In this document: piece after piece, positions 28,000 through 42,900 of the stretch | How the letters are laid out: each line of letters starts with the position of its first letter | How positions within the stretch are numbered: the stretch's first letter is position 1 | DNA from: the human T2T-CHM13v2.0 reference genome, Homo sapiens | Strand: one strand, 5' to 3' | Assembly (NCBI RefSeq): GCF_009914755.1 | Contig: NC_060931.1 | Length of the DNA: 64,000 bases | Notes under the pieces: generated by a model | Seen by the model: only the letters and a program-made list of their open reading frames with translations | Told to the model about the DNA's origin: nothing | The model's database searches: none | Translations under genes and position numbers: made by a program

Positions 28000-30900
28000 T
28001 GAAACACTCTTTTTGTAGAATCTACAAGTGGATGTTTGGACTGCTTTGAGACCTTCGTTGGAAACAGGAACAGCTTCCCATAAAAACTAGACAGAAGCAT
28101 TCTCAGAAACTTCTTTTTGATGTCTGCATTCAACTCAAAGAGTAGAACCTTTCTTTTCATAAAGCAGTTTTGAAACACTCTTTTCATAGAATCTTCAAGT
28201 GGACATTTGGAGCACTTTGAGACCTGTAGTGGAAAAGAAAATATCTTTACATAAAAACTAGACAGAAGCATCCTTAGAAACTTCTTTGTGATGTGTGGAT
28301 TCAACTCACAGAGTTGAACCTTCCTTTTGATAGAGCAGTTTTGAAACACTTTTTGTAGAATCTGCAAGGGGATATTTGGATCGCTTTGAGGACTGTGGTG
28401 GAAAAGGAAATATCTTCACATAAAAACTAGACAGAAGCATTCTCAGAGACTTCTTTGTGATGTGTCCATTCAACTCACAGAGTTGAAACTTCCCTTTGAT
28501 AAAGCAGTTTTGAAACACACTTTTTGTAGAATCTGCAAGGGGATATTTGGAGTGCTTCCAGGCCTACAATGGAAACGGAAATATCTTCACATGAAAACTA
28601 GACAGAAGCGTTCTCATAAACTTCTTTGTGATGTGTGAAATCAACTCACAGAGTTGACATTCCTTTTGATACAGCAGTTTTGAAACACTCTTTTGTAGAA
28701 TCTGCAAGTGGACATTTGGAGCGCTTTGATTCCTGTGGTGGAAAACAAAATAACTTTACATAAAAACTAGACAGAAACATTCTCAGAAACTTCTTTGTGA
28801 TGTGTGCATTCAACTCACAGAGTTGAAGCTTCCTTTTGATAGAGCAGTTTTGAAACACTCTTTTTGTTGAATCTGCAAGTGGATATTTGGAGGGCTTTGT
28901 GGCCTACGGTGGAAACGGGAATATCTTCACATAAAAACTAGACAGAAGCATTCTCAGAAACTACTCTGTGAAGTGTGCATTCAACTAAGAGAGTTGAAAC
29001 TACCTTTTGATAGAGCAGTTTTGAAACACTCTTTCTGTAGAATCTGCAAGGGGATATTTGGAGCGCTTTGAGCCCTATGGTAGGAAAGAAAATGTCTTCA
29101 TATAAAAACTAGACAGAAGCATTCTCAGAAACAAATTTGCGTGTTTTCATTCAACTCACAGAATTGAACATTCCTTTTGATAGAGTAGTTTTGAAACACT
29201 CTTTTTCTAGAATCTACAAGTGGATATTTGGAGCATTTAGAGGCCTTCGTTGGAAACGGGAATATCTTCACATAAAAACTATACAGAAGCATTCTCAAAA
29301 CTTCTTTGTGGTGTGTGCATTCAAGTCACAGAGTCGAACTTTCTTTTGATAGAGCAGTTTTGAAACACTCTTTTTGTAGAATCTGCAAATGGACATTTGG
29401 AGCGCTTTGAGGCCTCTGGTGGAAAAGGAAATATCTTCACATAAAAACTAGATAGAAGGATCCTTAGAAACTTCTTTGTGATGTGTGCATTCAACTCACA
29501 GAGTTGAACCTTCCTTTTGATAGAGCAGTTTGAAACACTCTTTTGTGGAATCTGCAAGTGGATATTTGGAGGGCTTTGATGCCTATGGTGGAAACGGGAA
29601 TATCTTCACATAGAAACTAGACAGAAGCATTGTCATAAACTTCTCTCTGATGTGTGCATTCACCTCAGAGAGTTGAAAATTCCTATTGATAGAACAGATT
29701 TGAAACACATTTTTTGTAGAATCTGCAAGGGGCATTTGGAGCGCTTTGAGGCCTGTGGTGGAAAAGGAAATATCTTCATATAAAAACTAGACAGAAGCAT
29801 TCTCAGAACTACTCTGCGATGTGTGCATTCAACTCACGGGGTTGAACATTCCTTTTGGTAGAGCAGTGTTGAAACGTTGTTTTTGTAGAACATGCAAGTG
29901 GATATTTGGACCGCTTTGAGGCCTACTGTGGAAAATGGAATATCTTCACATAAAAACTAGACAGAAGCATCTCAGAAACTTCCTTGTGATGTGTGCATTT
30001 AACTCACGGAGTAGAACGTTCCTTTTGACAGAGCAGTTTTGGAACACTATTTTTGTAGAATCTACAAGTGGATATTTGGAGCGCTTTGTGGCCTACCATG
30101 GAAACGGGAATATCTTCACTTAAAAACTAGACAGAAGCATTCTCAGAAACTTCTTTGTGATGTGTGCATTCCATTCACAGAGTTGAAACTTCCTTTTAAT
30201 AGAGCAGTTTTGAAACACTCTTTCTGTAGTATCTGCAAGTGGATATTTGGAGCGCTTTGAGGCCTATTGTAGAAAAGGAAATATTTTAATATAAAAACTA
30301 GACAGAAGCATTCTCAGCAACTTCTTTGTGATGTTTGCATTAAACTCACAGAGTTGAACATTCCTTTTGATAGAGCAGTTTTGATACACTCTTTTTGTAG
30401 AATCTTCAAGTGAACATTTAGAGCACTTTGAGGCCTGCAGTGGAAAAGGAAATATCTTCACAGAAAAACTAGACAGAAGCATCCTTAGAAACTTCTTTGT
30501 GATGTGTGCATTCAACTCATAGCTTTGAACCTTGCTTTTGATAGAGCAGTGTTGAAACACTGTATTTTTAGAATCTACACGGGGATATTTTGCATGCTTT
30601 GAGGCCTACTGAGGAAACGGGAATATCTTCACATAAAAACTAGGCAGAAGCATTGTCATAAACTACATTGTGATGTGTGCATTCAACTCAGAGAGTTGAA
30701 ACTTCCTATTGATAGAGTAGTTTTGAAACACTCTTTTTGTAGAATCTGCAAGTGGATATTTGGAGCGAATTGAGGCCTATGGTAGAAAATGAAATATCTT
30801 CACATAAAAACTAGAGAGAAGCATTCTCAGAAACTACTTTGTGATGTTTGCATTCAACTCACAGAGTTGAACTTTCGCTTTGATAGAGCAGTTTTGAAAC

Positions 30901-33900
30901 CCTCTTTTTGTAGAATATGCAAGTGGATATGTGGAGCGCTTTGAGCCCTATGGTAGAAAAGAAAATATTTTCATATAAAAACTAGACAGAAGCATTCTCA
31001 GAAACTATTTTGTGATTTTTGCATTCAACTCACAGAGTTGAATATTGCTTATGATAGAGGAGTTTTGAAACACTCTTTTTGTAGGATCTGCAATTGGATG
31101 TTTGGACCACTTTGAGGCTTTCATTGGAAATGGGAATATCTTCACATAAAATCTAGACGGAAGCATTCTCATAAACTTCTTTGTGATGTGTGCATTCAAC
31201 TCAGAGAGTTGAAACTTCCTATTGAGAGAGCAGTTTTGAGACACTCTTTTTGTAGAACCTGCAAGTGGATATTTGGAGAGCTTTGTGGCCTATGGTGGAA
31301 ACGGGAATATCTTCACATAAAAACTAGACAGAAGCTTTCTTAGAAACTACTTTGTGATGTTTGCATTCAACTCACAATGTTGAACCTTCCCTTTGATAGA
31401 GCAGTTTTCAAACACTCTTTTTGTAGATTCTGAGAGGGGACATTTGGAGTGCATTGAGGGCTAAGGTGGAAACGAGAATATCTTCACATAAAAACTAGAC
31501 AGAAGCATTCTCATAAACTTCTTTGCGATGTGTGCAGTCAACTCAGAGAGTTGAAACTTCCGATTGATACAGCAGTTGTGAAACACTCTTTTTGTAGGAT
31601 CTGCAAGTGGAGATTTGGAGTGCTTTGAGCCCTATGGTAGAAAAGGAAATATATTCATATAAAAACCAGACAGAAGCATTATCAGAAACTACTTTGTGAT
31701 GTTTGCATTCGTCTCACAGAGTTGAACATTCCTTTTGATAGAGCAGTTTTGAAACCCTCTTTTTGTAGAATCTGAAAGTGGATATTTGGAGGGATTTGAG
31801 GACTTCATTGGAATCGGTAATATCTTCACATAAAAACTAGACATAAGCATTCTCAGAAACTTCTTTGTGATGTGTGCATTCAAATCACAGAATTGAAACT
31901 TTCTTTTGATACAGCAGTTTTGAAAAACTCTTTTTTTGAATCTGCAAGTGGACATTTGGAGCGCTTTGAGGAATGTGGTGGAAAAGAAAGTAACTTCACA
32001 TAAAAACTAGACAGAAGCATTCTCAGGAACTACTTTGTGAAGTGTGTATTCAGCTAAGAGAGTTGAAACTTCCTTTTGATAGAGCAGTTTTGAACCACTC
32101 TTTTTGTAGGATGTGCAAGTGGATATTTGGAGCACTTTGAGGCCTTCGGTGGAAACGGGAATATCTTCACATAAAAACTAGACAGAACCATTCTCAGAAA
32201 CTTCTTTGTGAAGTGAGCATTCAACTCAGAGAGTTGAAACTTCCTATTGAGAGAACAGCTTCGAAACATACTTTTTGTAGAATCTTCAAGTGGATATATG
32301 GAGCGCTTTGAGGATTTCTTTGGAAACGGGAATATCTTCACATAAAAACTAGAGAGAAGCATTCTCAGAAACTACTTTGTGATGTGTGCATTCAAATCAT
32401 AGAATTGAACCTTTCTTTTGATAGAATAGTTTTGAAACACTCTTTTTGTAGAATCTGCAAATGGCCATTTGGAGTGCTTTGAGGCCTTTGGTGGAAAAGG
32501 AAATGACTTCACATAAAAACTAGACAGAAGCATTCTCAGAAACTTCTTTGTGATGTATGCATTCAACTCACAGAGTTGAACCTTCCTTTTGATAGAGCAG
32601 TTTTGAAGCCCTCTTTTTGTAGAATCTGCAAGTGGAAATATGGAGGGCTTTGTGGCCTACGGTGGAAACAGGAATATCTTCACATAAAAACTAGTCAGAA
32701 GCATTCTCGGAAACTACTTTTTGAAGTATGCATTCAACTCAGCGAGTTGAACATTTCTTTTATTAGAGCAGTTTTTAAACACTCTTTCTGTAGAATCTGA
32801 AAGTTGATATTTGGAGCTCTTTGAGGCCTATCGTAGAAATGTAAATATCTTCATATAAAAACTAGACAGCAGCATTCTCAGAAACTCTTTCGTGATGTTG
32901 CATTCAGCTCACAGAGTTGAACATTCCTATTGATAGAACAGTTTTGAAACACTCTTTTTGTACAATCTGCAAGTGGATATTTGGACTGCTTTGAGGCCTT
33001 CGTTGGAAACGGGAATATCTTCACATAAAAACTAGACAGAAGCATTCTCAGAAACTTCTTTGTGATGTGTGCATTCAACTCACACAGTTGAACCTTTCTG
33101 TGGATAGAGCAGTTTTGAAACACTCTATTTGTGGAATCTACAAGTGGACATTTGGAGGGCTTTGAGGTCTGTGGTGGAAAATGAAATATGTTCACATAAA
33201 AACTAGACAGAATCATCCTTAGAAACTTCTTTGTGATGTGTGCATTCAACTCACAAGGTTGAGCCTTCCTTTTGAAAGAGCAGTTTTGAAACTGTTTTTT
33301 TGTGCAATCTGCAATTGGATATTTGGAGCGCTTTGTGGCCTATGGTGGAAACTGCAATATCTTCAAATAAAAACTACACAGCAGCATTCTCATAAGCTTC
33401 TTTGTGATTCGTGCATTCAACTCATAGAGGTGCAACTTCCTACTGATACAGCAGTTTTGAAAAACTCTTTCTGTAGAACTGCAAGTGTATATTTGGAGTC
33501 CTATGAGGCCTATGGTAGAAAAGGAAATATCTTCATATAAAAACTAGACAAAAGCATCCTCAGAAACTACTTTGTGATGTTTGCATTCAACTCACAGACT
33601 TGAGGATTACTTTTGAAACACTCTTTTTGTAGAATCTGCAAGTGGATATTTTGACCGCTTTGAGGCCTTCGTTGGAAACAGGTATATCTTCACATAAAAA
33701 CTAGAAAGAAGGATTCTCAGAAATTTATTTGTTGTGTGTGCATTCAACTCAGAGAATAGAACCTTTATTTTCACAGAGCAGTTTTGAAACACTTTTTTTG
33801 TAGAATCTGCAAGTGGATATTTGTCTGTGGTGGAAAAGGAAATATCTTCACATAAAAACTAGACAGAAGCATTCTTAGAGACTTCTTTCTTATGAGTGCA

Positions 33901-36900
33901 TTCAACTCACAGAGTTGAACCTTCCCTTTGATCGAGCAGTTTTGAAACACTCTTTTTGTAGAATCTGCAAGGGGATATTTGGAATGCTTTGAGGCCTGTG
34001 GTGGAAACGGGTATATCTTCACAGAAAAACTAGACAGAATCATTCTCATAAACTTCTTTGTGATGTGTGCTTTCAACTCAGAGAGTTGAAACTTCCTATT
34101 CATACAGCAGTTTTGAGAAACTCCTTTTGTAAAATCTTCAAGTGGATATTTGGAGTGCTTTGAGGCCTTCGTTGGAAATGGGTATATCTTCACATAAAAA
34201 CTAGACAGAAGCATTGTCAGAGACTTCTTTGTGAGGTGTGCATTCAACTCACAGAATTGAACTTTTATTTTGATAGAGCCGTTTTGAATCACTCTTTTTG
34301 CAGAATCTGCAAGTGGCTATTTGGACCGTTTTGAGGTCTTCGTTGGAAACGGGAATATCTTCACATAAAAACGAGACAGAAGCATTCTCAGAAACTTCTT
34401 TGTGATGTGTGCATTCAACTCACAGAGCTGAACCTTTCCTTTGATAGAGCAGTTTTGAAACAATCTTTTATAGATTCTACAAGTGGACAATTGGAGCGCT
34501 TTCAGACCTGTGGTGGAAAAGGAAATATCTTCATATAAAAACTATACAGACGCATCCTTAGAAACTTCTTTGTGATGTGTGCATTCGACTCACAGAGTTG
34601 AACATTTCTTTTGATGGAGCAGTTCTGAAACACTCTTTTTGTAGAATCTGCAAGTGGATATTTGGAGTGCTTTGTGTCCTACAGTTGAAACGGGAATATC
34701 TTCACATAAAAACTAGACAGAAGCATTCTCATAAACTTGTTTATGATGCGTGCTTTCAACTCACAGAGTTGAAACTTCCTATTGATAAAGCAGTTTTGAA
34801 ACACTCTTTTTGTAGAATTTGCAAGTGGATATTTGGAGCACGTTGAGGCCTGTGGTAGCAAAGGAAACATCTTCATAAAAAAACTAGACAGAAGCATTCT
34901 CAGAAACTACTTTGTGATGTTTGCATTCAACTCACAGAGTTGAACTTTGCTTTTGATAGAGCAGTTTTCAAACTCTCCTTTTGTAGAATCTGCAAGTGGA
35001 TATCTGGACTGCTTTGAGGCCTTTGTTGGAAACGGGAATAGCTTCACATAAAAACTAGACAGAAGCATTCTCAGAAACTTCTTCGTGATGTGTGCATTCA
35101 ACTCAATAGTTGAAGTTTTCTTTTGATAGAGCAGTTTTAAAACACTGTTTTTGTAGAATCTGCCAGTGGATATTTGGATCGCTTTGAGGCCTGTGGTGGA
35201 AAAGAAAATATCTTCATATAAAAACTAGACACTATCATCCTCAGAGACTTCTTTCTGATGTTTTCATTCAACTCACAGAGTTGAACTTTCCCTTAGATAG
35301 AGCAGTTTTGAAACACTCTTTTTGCAGAATGTTCAAGGAGATATTTGGAGTGCTTTGAGGTCTACGGTGGAAACGGGAATGTCTTCAAATAAAAACTAGA
35401 CAGAAGCATTCTCATAAACTTCTTTGTGATGTGTGCATTCAACTCAGAGAGTTGAAACTTCCTATTCATACCGCAGTTTTGAGAAACTCCTTTCGTAAAA
35501 TCTTCAAGTGGATATTTGGAGCGCTTTGAGGCCTTCGTTGGAAACAGATATATCTTCACAAAAAAACTAGACAGAAGCATTGTCAGAGACTTCTTTGTGA
35601 GGTGTGCATTCAACTCACAGAATTGAACCTTTCTTTTGATATAGCCATTTTGAAACACTCTTTTTTGCAGAATCTGTAAGTTGATATTTGGACCGTTTTG
35701 AGGTCTTCATTTGAAACGGGTATATCTTCACATAAAAATGAGACAGAAGCATTCTCAGGAACTCCTTTGTGATGTGCGTATTCAACTCACAGAGTTGAAC
35801 CTTTGTTTTGTTATAGCAGTTTTGAAACAATCTTTTATAGAATCTAGAAGTGGACAATTGGAGCGATTTCAGGCCTGTGGTGGAAAAGGAAATATCTTCA
35901 TATAAAAACTATACAGACACATCCTTAGAAACTTCTTTGTGAAGTGTGCATTCGACTCACAGAGTTGAGCATTTCTTTTGATAGAGCAGTTCTGAAACAC
36001 TCTTTCTGTAGAATCTGCAAGTGGATATTTGGAGTGCTTTGTGGCCTAAGGTTGAAACGGGAATATCTTCACATAAAAGCTAGACAGGAGCATTCTCATA
36101 AACTTGTTTGTGATGCGTGCTTTCAACTCACAGAGTTGAAACTTCCTATTGATACAGCAGTTTTGAAACATTCTTTTTGTAGAATTTGCAAGTGGATATT
36201 GGAGCCTGCTGAGGCCTGTGGTAGCAAAGGAAATATCTTCATGAAAAAACTAGACAGAAGCATTCTCAGAAACTTCCTTTTGAGGTGTGCATTCAACTCA
36301 GAGAATTGAACCTTTCTTTTGATAGAGCCATTTTGAAACACTCTTTTTGTAGAATCTGCAAGTGGATATTTGGTGCGTTTTGTTACCTACGGTGGAAACT
36401 GCAATATCTTGAAATAAAAACTACAAGGAAGCATTCTCAGAAACTTCTTTGTGAGGTGTGCATTCAACTCAGAGGGTTGAAACTTCCTTTTTGTACAGCA
36501 TTTTTGAGACACTCTTTTCGTAGTATCTACAAGTGGACACATAGAGTGCTTTGAGGCCTATGGTGGAAACGGGAATATCTTCACGTAAAAATGTGATTGA
36601 AGCATACTCAGAAACTATTTTGTGAAGTGTGCATCCAACTCAGAATTGAAATTTCCTTGTGTTGTTGCAGTTTTGCAACACTCTTTTTGTAGAATTTGCA
36701 AGTGGATATTTGGTGCGCTTTGAGGCCTATTGTATTAAATGAAATATCTTCATATAAAAACTAGATAGAAGCATTCTCTGAAACTACTTTGTGATGTTTG
36801 CATGCAACTCACAGAGTTGAGCATTACTTTTGATAGAGCAGTTTTCAAACACTCTTTTTGTAGAATCTGCATGTGGACATTTGGAGCGCTTAGAGGACAG

Positions 36901-39900
36901 TGGTGGAAAGGGAATTATCTTCACATAAACCTAGACAGAAGCATTCTCAGAAACTTCTTCAGAATGTGTGCATTCAACTCACAGAATTGAATCTTTCTTT
37001 TGATAGAGCTGTTTTGAAACACTCTTTTTGCAGAATCTGCAAGAGGAGATTTGGAGCGCTTTGAGGCCTCTGGTGGAAAAGGAAATAACTCCACATAAAA
37101 ACTAGACAGAAGCATTCTCAGAAACTTCTTTGTGATATGTGCATTCAACTCACAGAGTTGAACCTTCCTTTTGATAGAGCAGTACTAAAACATTCTTTTT
37201 GTGGAATCTGCAAGTGGGTATTTGGAGGGCTTTGTGGCCAACGGTGGAAAGGGGAATATCTTCACATAAAAACTAGACAGAAGCTTTCTCAGAAACTTCT
37301 TTGTGAAGTTTGCATTCAACTGAGAGTAGAACCTTCCTTTTGATAGAGCAGGTTTCAAACACTCTTTCTGTAGAATCTGCAAGTGGACATTTGGAGTGCT
37401 TCGAGGACTGTGTTGGAGAAGGAAATATCTTCACATAAAAACCAGACGGAAGCATTCTCATAAACTTCCTTGTGATGTGTGCATTCATGTCACAGAGTGG
37501 AAACTTACTATTGATAGAGCAGTTTTGAAACACTCTTTTTGTAGAATCTGCAAGTGGATATTTGAACAGCTTTGAGGCCTTCATTGTAAAAGGGAATATT
37601 TTCACATAAAAACTAGACAGAAACATTCTCAGAAACTTCTTTGGGATGTGTGCATTCACCTCACAGAATTGAACCTTTCTTTTGATAGAGTAGTTTTGAA
37701 ACACTCTTTCTGTAAAATCTGCAAGTTGATGTCTGGAGCACTTTGAGTCCTATGGTAGAAATGGAATTATCTTCATATAAAAACTATGCAGCAGCATTCT
37801 CAGAAACTGCTTTGTGATGTTGCATTCAACTCACAGAGTTGAACCTTCCTTTTGATAGAGCAGTTTTGGTTCACTCTTTTTATAGCATCTGCAATTGGAT
37901 ATTTGGAGCGCTTTGTGGCCTACAGTGGAAACTGCAATATCTTCAAATAAAAAATACATAGAAGCATTCTCATAAACTTCTTTCTGATGCGTGCATTCAA
38001 CTCAGAGGTTTGAACCGTCCTTTTGATTGAGCAGTTTTGAAACACTCTTTATGTAGAATCTGCAAGTGGATATGTGGAGTGATTTGAGGCCTTCATTGGG
38101 AACCGTAGTATCTTCACATATAAACTAGAAAGAAGCATCCTTAGAAACTTCTTCATTGTGTGTGCATTCAACTCAGAGGTTTGAAACTTCCTTTTGATAG
38201 AGCAGTTTTGAAACCCTCTTTCTGTGGAATCTGCAAGTGGATAATTGGAGAACTTTGAAGCCTAGGGTAGAAAAAGAAATATGGTCATATAAAAACTAGA
38301 CAGAAGCATTCTCAGAAACTACTTTGTGACGTGTGCATTCAACTCAGAGATTTGAACCTTCCTTTTGATTGAGCAGTTTTGAAACACTCTTTATGTAGCA
38401 TGTGCAAGTGGATATATGGAGCGCTTTGAGGCCTTCGTTGGAAACGGGATTATCTTCACATAAAAACTAAACAGAAGCATTCTTAGAAACTTCTTTGTGA
38501 TGTGTGCATTCAACTCACAGAGTTGAACCTTCCTTTTGATAGAGCAGTTTTGAGACACTCTTTTTGTAGAATCTGCAATTGGATATTTGGAGCGCTTTGT
38601 GGCCTATGGTGGAAGCTGCAATATCTTCAAATAAAAACTACACAGAAGCATTCTCATAAACCTCTTTGTGATGTGTGAATTCAAATCAGAGAGTTGAAGC
38701 TTCCTTCTGATTGAGCAGTTTTGAAACACTCTTTATGTAGAATCTGCAAGCAGATATATGGAGTGCTTTGAGGCCTTCGTTGGAAACGGGAATATCTTCA
38801 CATAAAAACTAGATAGAAGCATTCACAGAAACTTTTTTTTGATGTGTGCATTCAACTCACAGAACTGAACCTTTCTTTTGCTAGAGCAGTTTTGAAACAC
38901 TCCTTTTGTAGAATCTGCAAGTGGACATTTGGAGTGCTTTGAGGCCTGTGGTGGAAAAGGAAATAACTTCACATAAAAACTAGACAGAAGCATTCTCAGA
39001 AACTTCTTTGTGGTCTGTGCATTCAACTCACAGAGTTGAACCTTCCTTTTGATAGAGCAGTTGTGAAACACTCTTTTTGTTGAATCTGCAAGTGGCTATT
39101 TGGAGGGCGTTGTGGCCTATAGTGGAAACTGCAATATCATCATATAAAAACTACACTGAAGCATTCTCATAAACTTCTCTGTGATGCGTGCATTCAACTC
39201 AGAGAGTTGAAACTTCCTTTTGATACAGCAGTTTTGAAACACTCTTTTTGTAGAATCTGCAAGTGGACATTTGGACCGCTTTGAGGCCTATGGTAGAAGA
39301 TGAAATATCTTCACATAAAAACTAGACAGAAGCATTCTCAGAATCTTCTTTGTGATGTTTGCATTCAACTCACAGAATTGAACCTTCCTTTTGATAGAAC
39401 AATTTTGAAACACTGTTTTTGTAGTATCTGCAAGTGGACATTTGGAGCGCTTTGAGGCCTGTGGTGGAAAAGGAAATAACTCCACATAAAAACTAGATAG
39501 AAGCATTCTCAGAAACTTCTTTGTGACATGTGCATTCAGCTCACAAATTTGAGCCTTCCTTTTGATAGAGCAGTTTTGAAACACTCTTTTTGTAGAATCT
39601 GCAAGTTGATATTTGGAGGGCTTTGTGGCCTACGGTGGAAACGGGAATCTGTTCACACAAAAACTAGATAGAAGCATTCTCGCAAACTCCTTTTGAGGTG
39701 TGCATTCAACCTAGAAGTTTGAACCTTCCTTTTGATAGAGCAGTTTTGAAACACTCTTACTGTAGAATCTTGAAGTGGATATTTGGAGTACTTTGAGGCC
39801 TATTGTAGAAAAGGAAATATCTTCATATAAAAACTAGACAGAAGCATTCTCAGAAACAACTTTCTGATGTTTGCATTCAACTCATAGAGTTGAACATTCC

Positions 39901-42900
39901 TTTTGATAATGCAGTTTTTAAACAGTTTTTTGTAGAATCTGCAGATGGATATTTTGACCCCTTTGAGGCCTTCATTGGAAACGGGAATACCTTCACATAA
40001 AAACTAGACAGAAGCGTTCTCAGAATCTTCTTTGCTATGTGTGCATTCAACTCACAGAGTTGAACCTTCCTTTTGATAGAGCAGTTTTGAAACGCTCTTT
40101 TTGTAGAATCTGCAAGTGGACATTTGGAGCGCTTTGAGGACTGTGGTGGAAAAGGAAATATCTTCACATAAAAACCAGACAGAAGCATTCTCAGAGACTT
40201 CTTTGTGATGTGTGCATTCATCTCACAGAGTTGAACCTTCCCTTTCATAGAGCAGTTTTGACACAATCTTTTTGTAGAATCTGCAAGTGAATATTTTGAG
40301 TGCTTTGGGGCCTTGGGTGGAAACGGGTGTACCTTCACATAAAAACTAGACAGAAGCGTTCTCATAAATTTCCTTGTGATGTGTGCATTCAACTCAGAGA
40401 GTTTTAACTTCCTATTGAGAGAGCAGTTTTGAAACACTCTTTTTGTAGGATCTGCAAGTGGATATTTGGAGCACTTTGTGGTTTACGGTGAAAACTGCAA
40501 TATCTTCAAATGAAAACTACACGGAAGCATTCTCATAAACTTCTTTGTGGTGCATGCATTCAACTCAGAGAGTTGAAACTTCCTATTGATACAGCAGTTT
40601 TGAAATACTCTTTTAATAATATTTGCAAGTGGATATTTGGAGCGCTTTGAGGACTTTTAAAAAAGGTAATATCTTCACATAAAAACTAGACAGAAGCATT
40701 CTCAGAAACTTCTTTGTGATGTGTGCATTCAACTGACAGAATTGAAACTTCTTTTGGATGGAGCAGTTTTGAAACACTGTTTTTGTAGAATCTGCAAGTG
40801 GATGTTTGGAGCACTTTGTGGCCTACAATGGAAATGGCAATATCTTCATATAAAAACTAGACAGAAGCATTCTCAGAAACTATTTCGTGACGTGTGCATA
40901 CAACTAAGAAGGTTGAAACTTCCTTTGATTGAGCAGTTTTGAAACACTCTTTATATAGAATCTGCAAGTGGGTATATGGAGCGCTTTGAGGTCTTCGTTG
41001 GAAACCAGAATATCTTCACATAAAAACTAGACAGAAGGATTCTCAAAACTTCTTTGGGATGTGTGCATTCTACTCACAGAGTTGCAACTTTCTTTGGATA
41101 GAGCAGTTTTGAAGCACTCTTTTTGTAGAATCTGCAAGTGGATATTTGAACCACTTTGAGGCCTTTGTTGGAAACGGGAATATCTTTGCATAAAAACTAG
41201 ACAGAAGCATTCTCAGAATCTTCATTGTGATGTGTGCATTGAACTCCCAGAATTGAACCTTTCTCTTGATAGAGCCCTTATGAAACATGCTTTTTGTAGA
41301 ATCTGCAAGTGGACATGTGGCATGCTTTGAGGCCTGGGGTGGAAAAGGAGATAACTTCATATAAAAACCAGATAGAAGCTTTCTCAGAAACTTCTCTGTG
41401 ATGAGTGCGTTCAACACACAGAGTTGAACCTTTCTTTTGATAAAGCAGTTTTGAAAAACTCTTTTTGTAGAATCTGCAAGTGAATATATAGAGGGCTTTG
41501 TGGCCTATGGTGGAAAAGGGATTAACTTCACATAAAAACTAGACAGAAGCATTTTCAGAAACTTTTTTGTAAAGTGTGCATTCAACACAGAGAATAGAAC
41601 CTTCCTTTTGATAGAGCAGTTTTGAAAGACTCTTTCTGTAGAATCTGCAAGTGGTTATTTGGAGTGCTTTGTGGCGTATGGTAGAAATGGAAATATGTTC
41701 ATATAAAAACTGGACAGCAGCATTGTCAGAAACTCCTTTGTGATGTTGCATTCAGCTCACAGCGTTGAACATTCCTTTTGATAGAGCAGTTTTGAAACAC
41801 TCATTTTGTAGAATCTGCAAGTGGATATTTTGACCACTTTGAGGCCTTCATTGGAAACAGGAATATCTTCACATAAAAACTAGACAGACACATTCTCAGA
41901 AACCTCTTTGTGATGTGTGCATTCAACTCACGGAATTGTACCTTCCTTTTGGTAGAGCAGTTTTGAAACACTCTTTCTTTAGAATCTGCAAGTTGATATT
42001 TGGAGGGCTTTGAGGCCTGTGGTAGAAATGGAAATATCTTCATATAAAAACTAGACAGCAGCATTCTCAGAAACTGCTTTGTGATGTTTGCATTCAACAC
42101 ACAGAGTTTAACATTCCTTTTGTTAGAGCAGTTTTGAAACACTCTTTTTGTATGATCTGCAAGTGGATATTTGGACCACTTTGAGGCCTTCATTGGAAAG
42201 GGGAATGTCTTCACATAATAACTAGACAGAAGCATTCTCAAGACTTCTTTGTGCTGTGTGCACTCACCTCACAGAGTTGAACCTTTCTTTGGATAGAGCA
42301 GTTTGAAACACTCTTTTGGTAGAATCTGCAAATGGACACTTGGAGTGCTTTGAGGTCTGTGGTGGAAAAGGAAATACCTTCACATAAAAACCAGACAGAA
42401 GCATCCTTAGAAACTGTTTTGTGATGTGGGCATTCAACTCACAGAGTTGAAACTTCCCTTTGATTGAGCAGTTTTGAAACACCCTTTTGTAGAATCTGCA
42501 AGTGGATATATGGAGTGCTTTGAGGCCTTCGTTGGAAACGGGAATATCTTCACATAAAAACTAGACAGAAGCATTCTCAGAAACTACTCTGTGAAATACG
42601 CATTCAACTCAGAGAGGTGAACTTTCCTTTTGATAGAGCAGTTTTGAAACACTCTTACTGTAGAATCTGCAAGTGGATATTTTGAGCGCTTTAGGCCTAT
42701 GGTAGAAAAGGAACTATCTTTATATAAAAACTAGACAGAAACTTTCTCAGAAACTACTTTGTGATGTTTGTATTCAACTCAAAGAGTTGAACATTCCTTT
42801 TGATAGTGCAGTTTTGAAACACTTTTTTTGTAGAGTCTGCAAGTGGATATTTGGACCGCTTTTAGGTCTTCTTTGGAAACGGGAATATCTTCACATTAAA

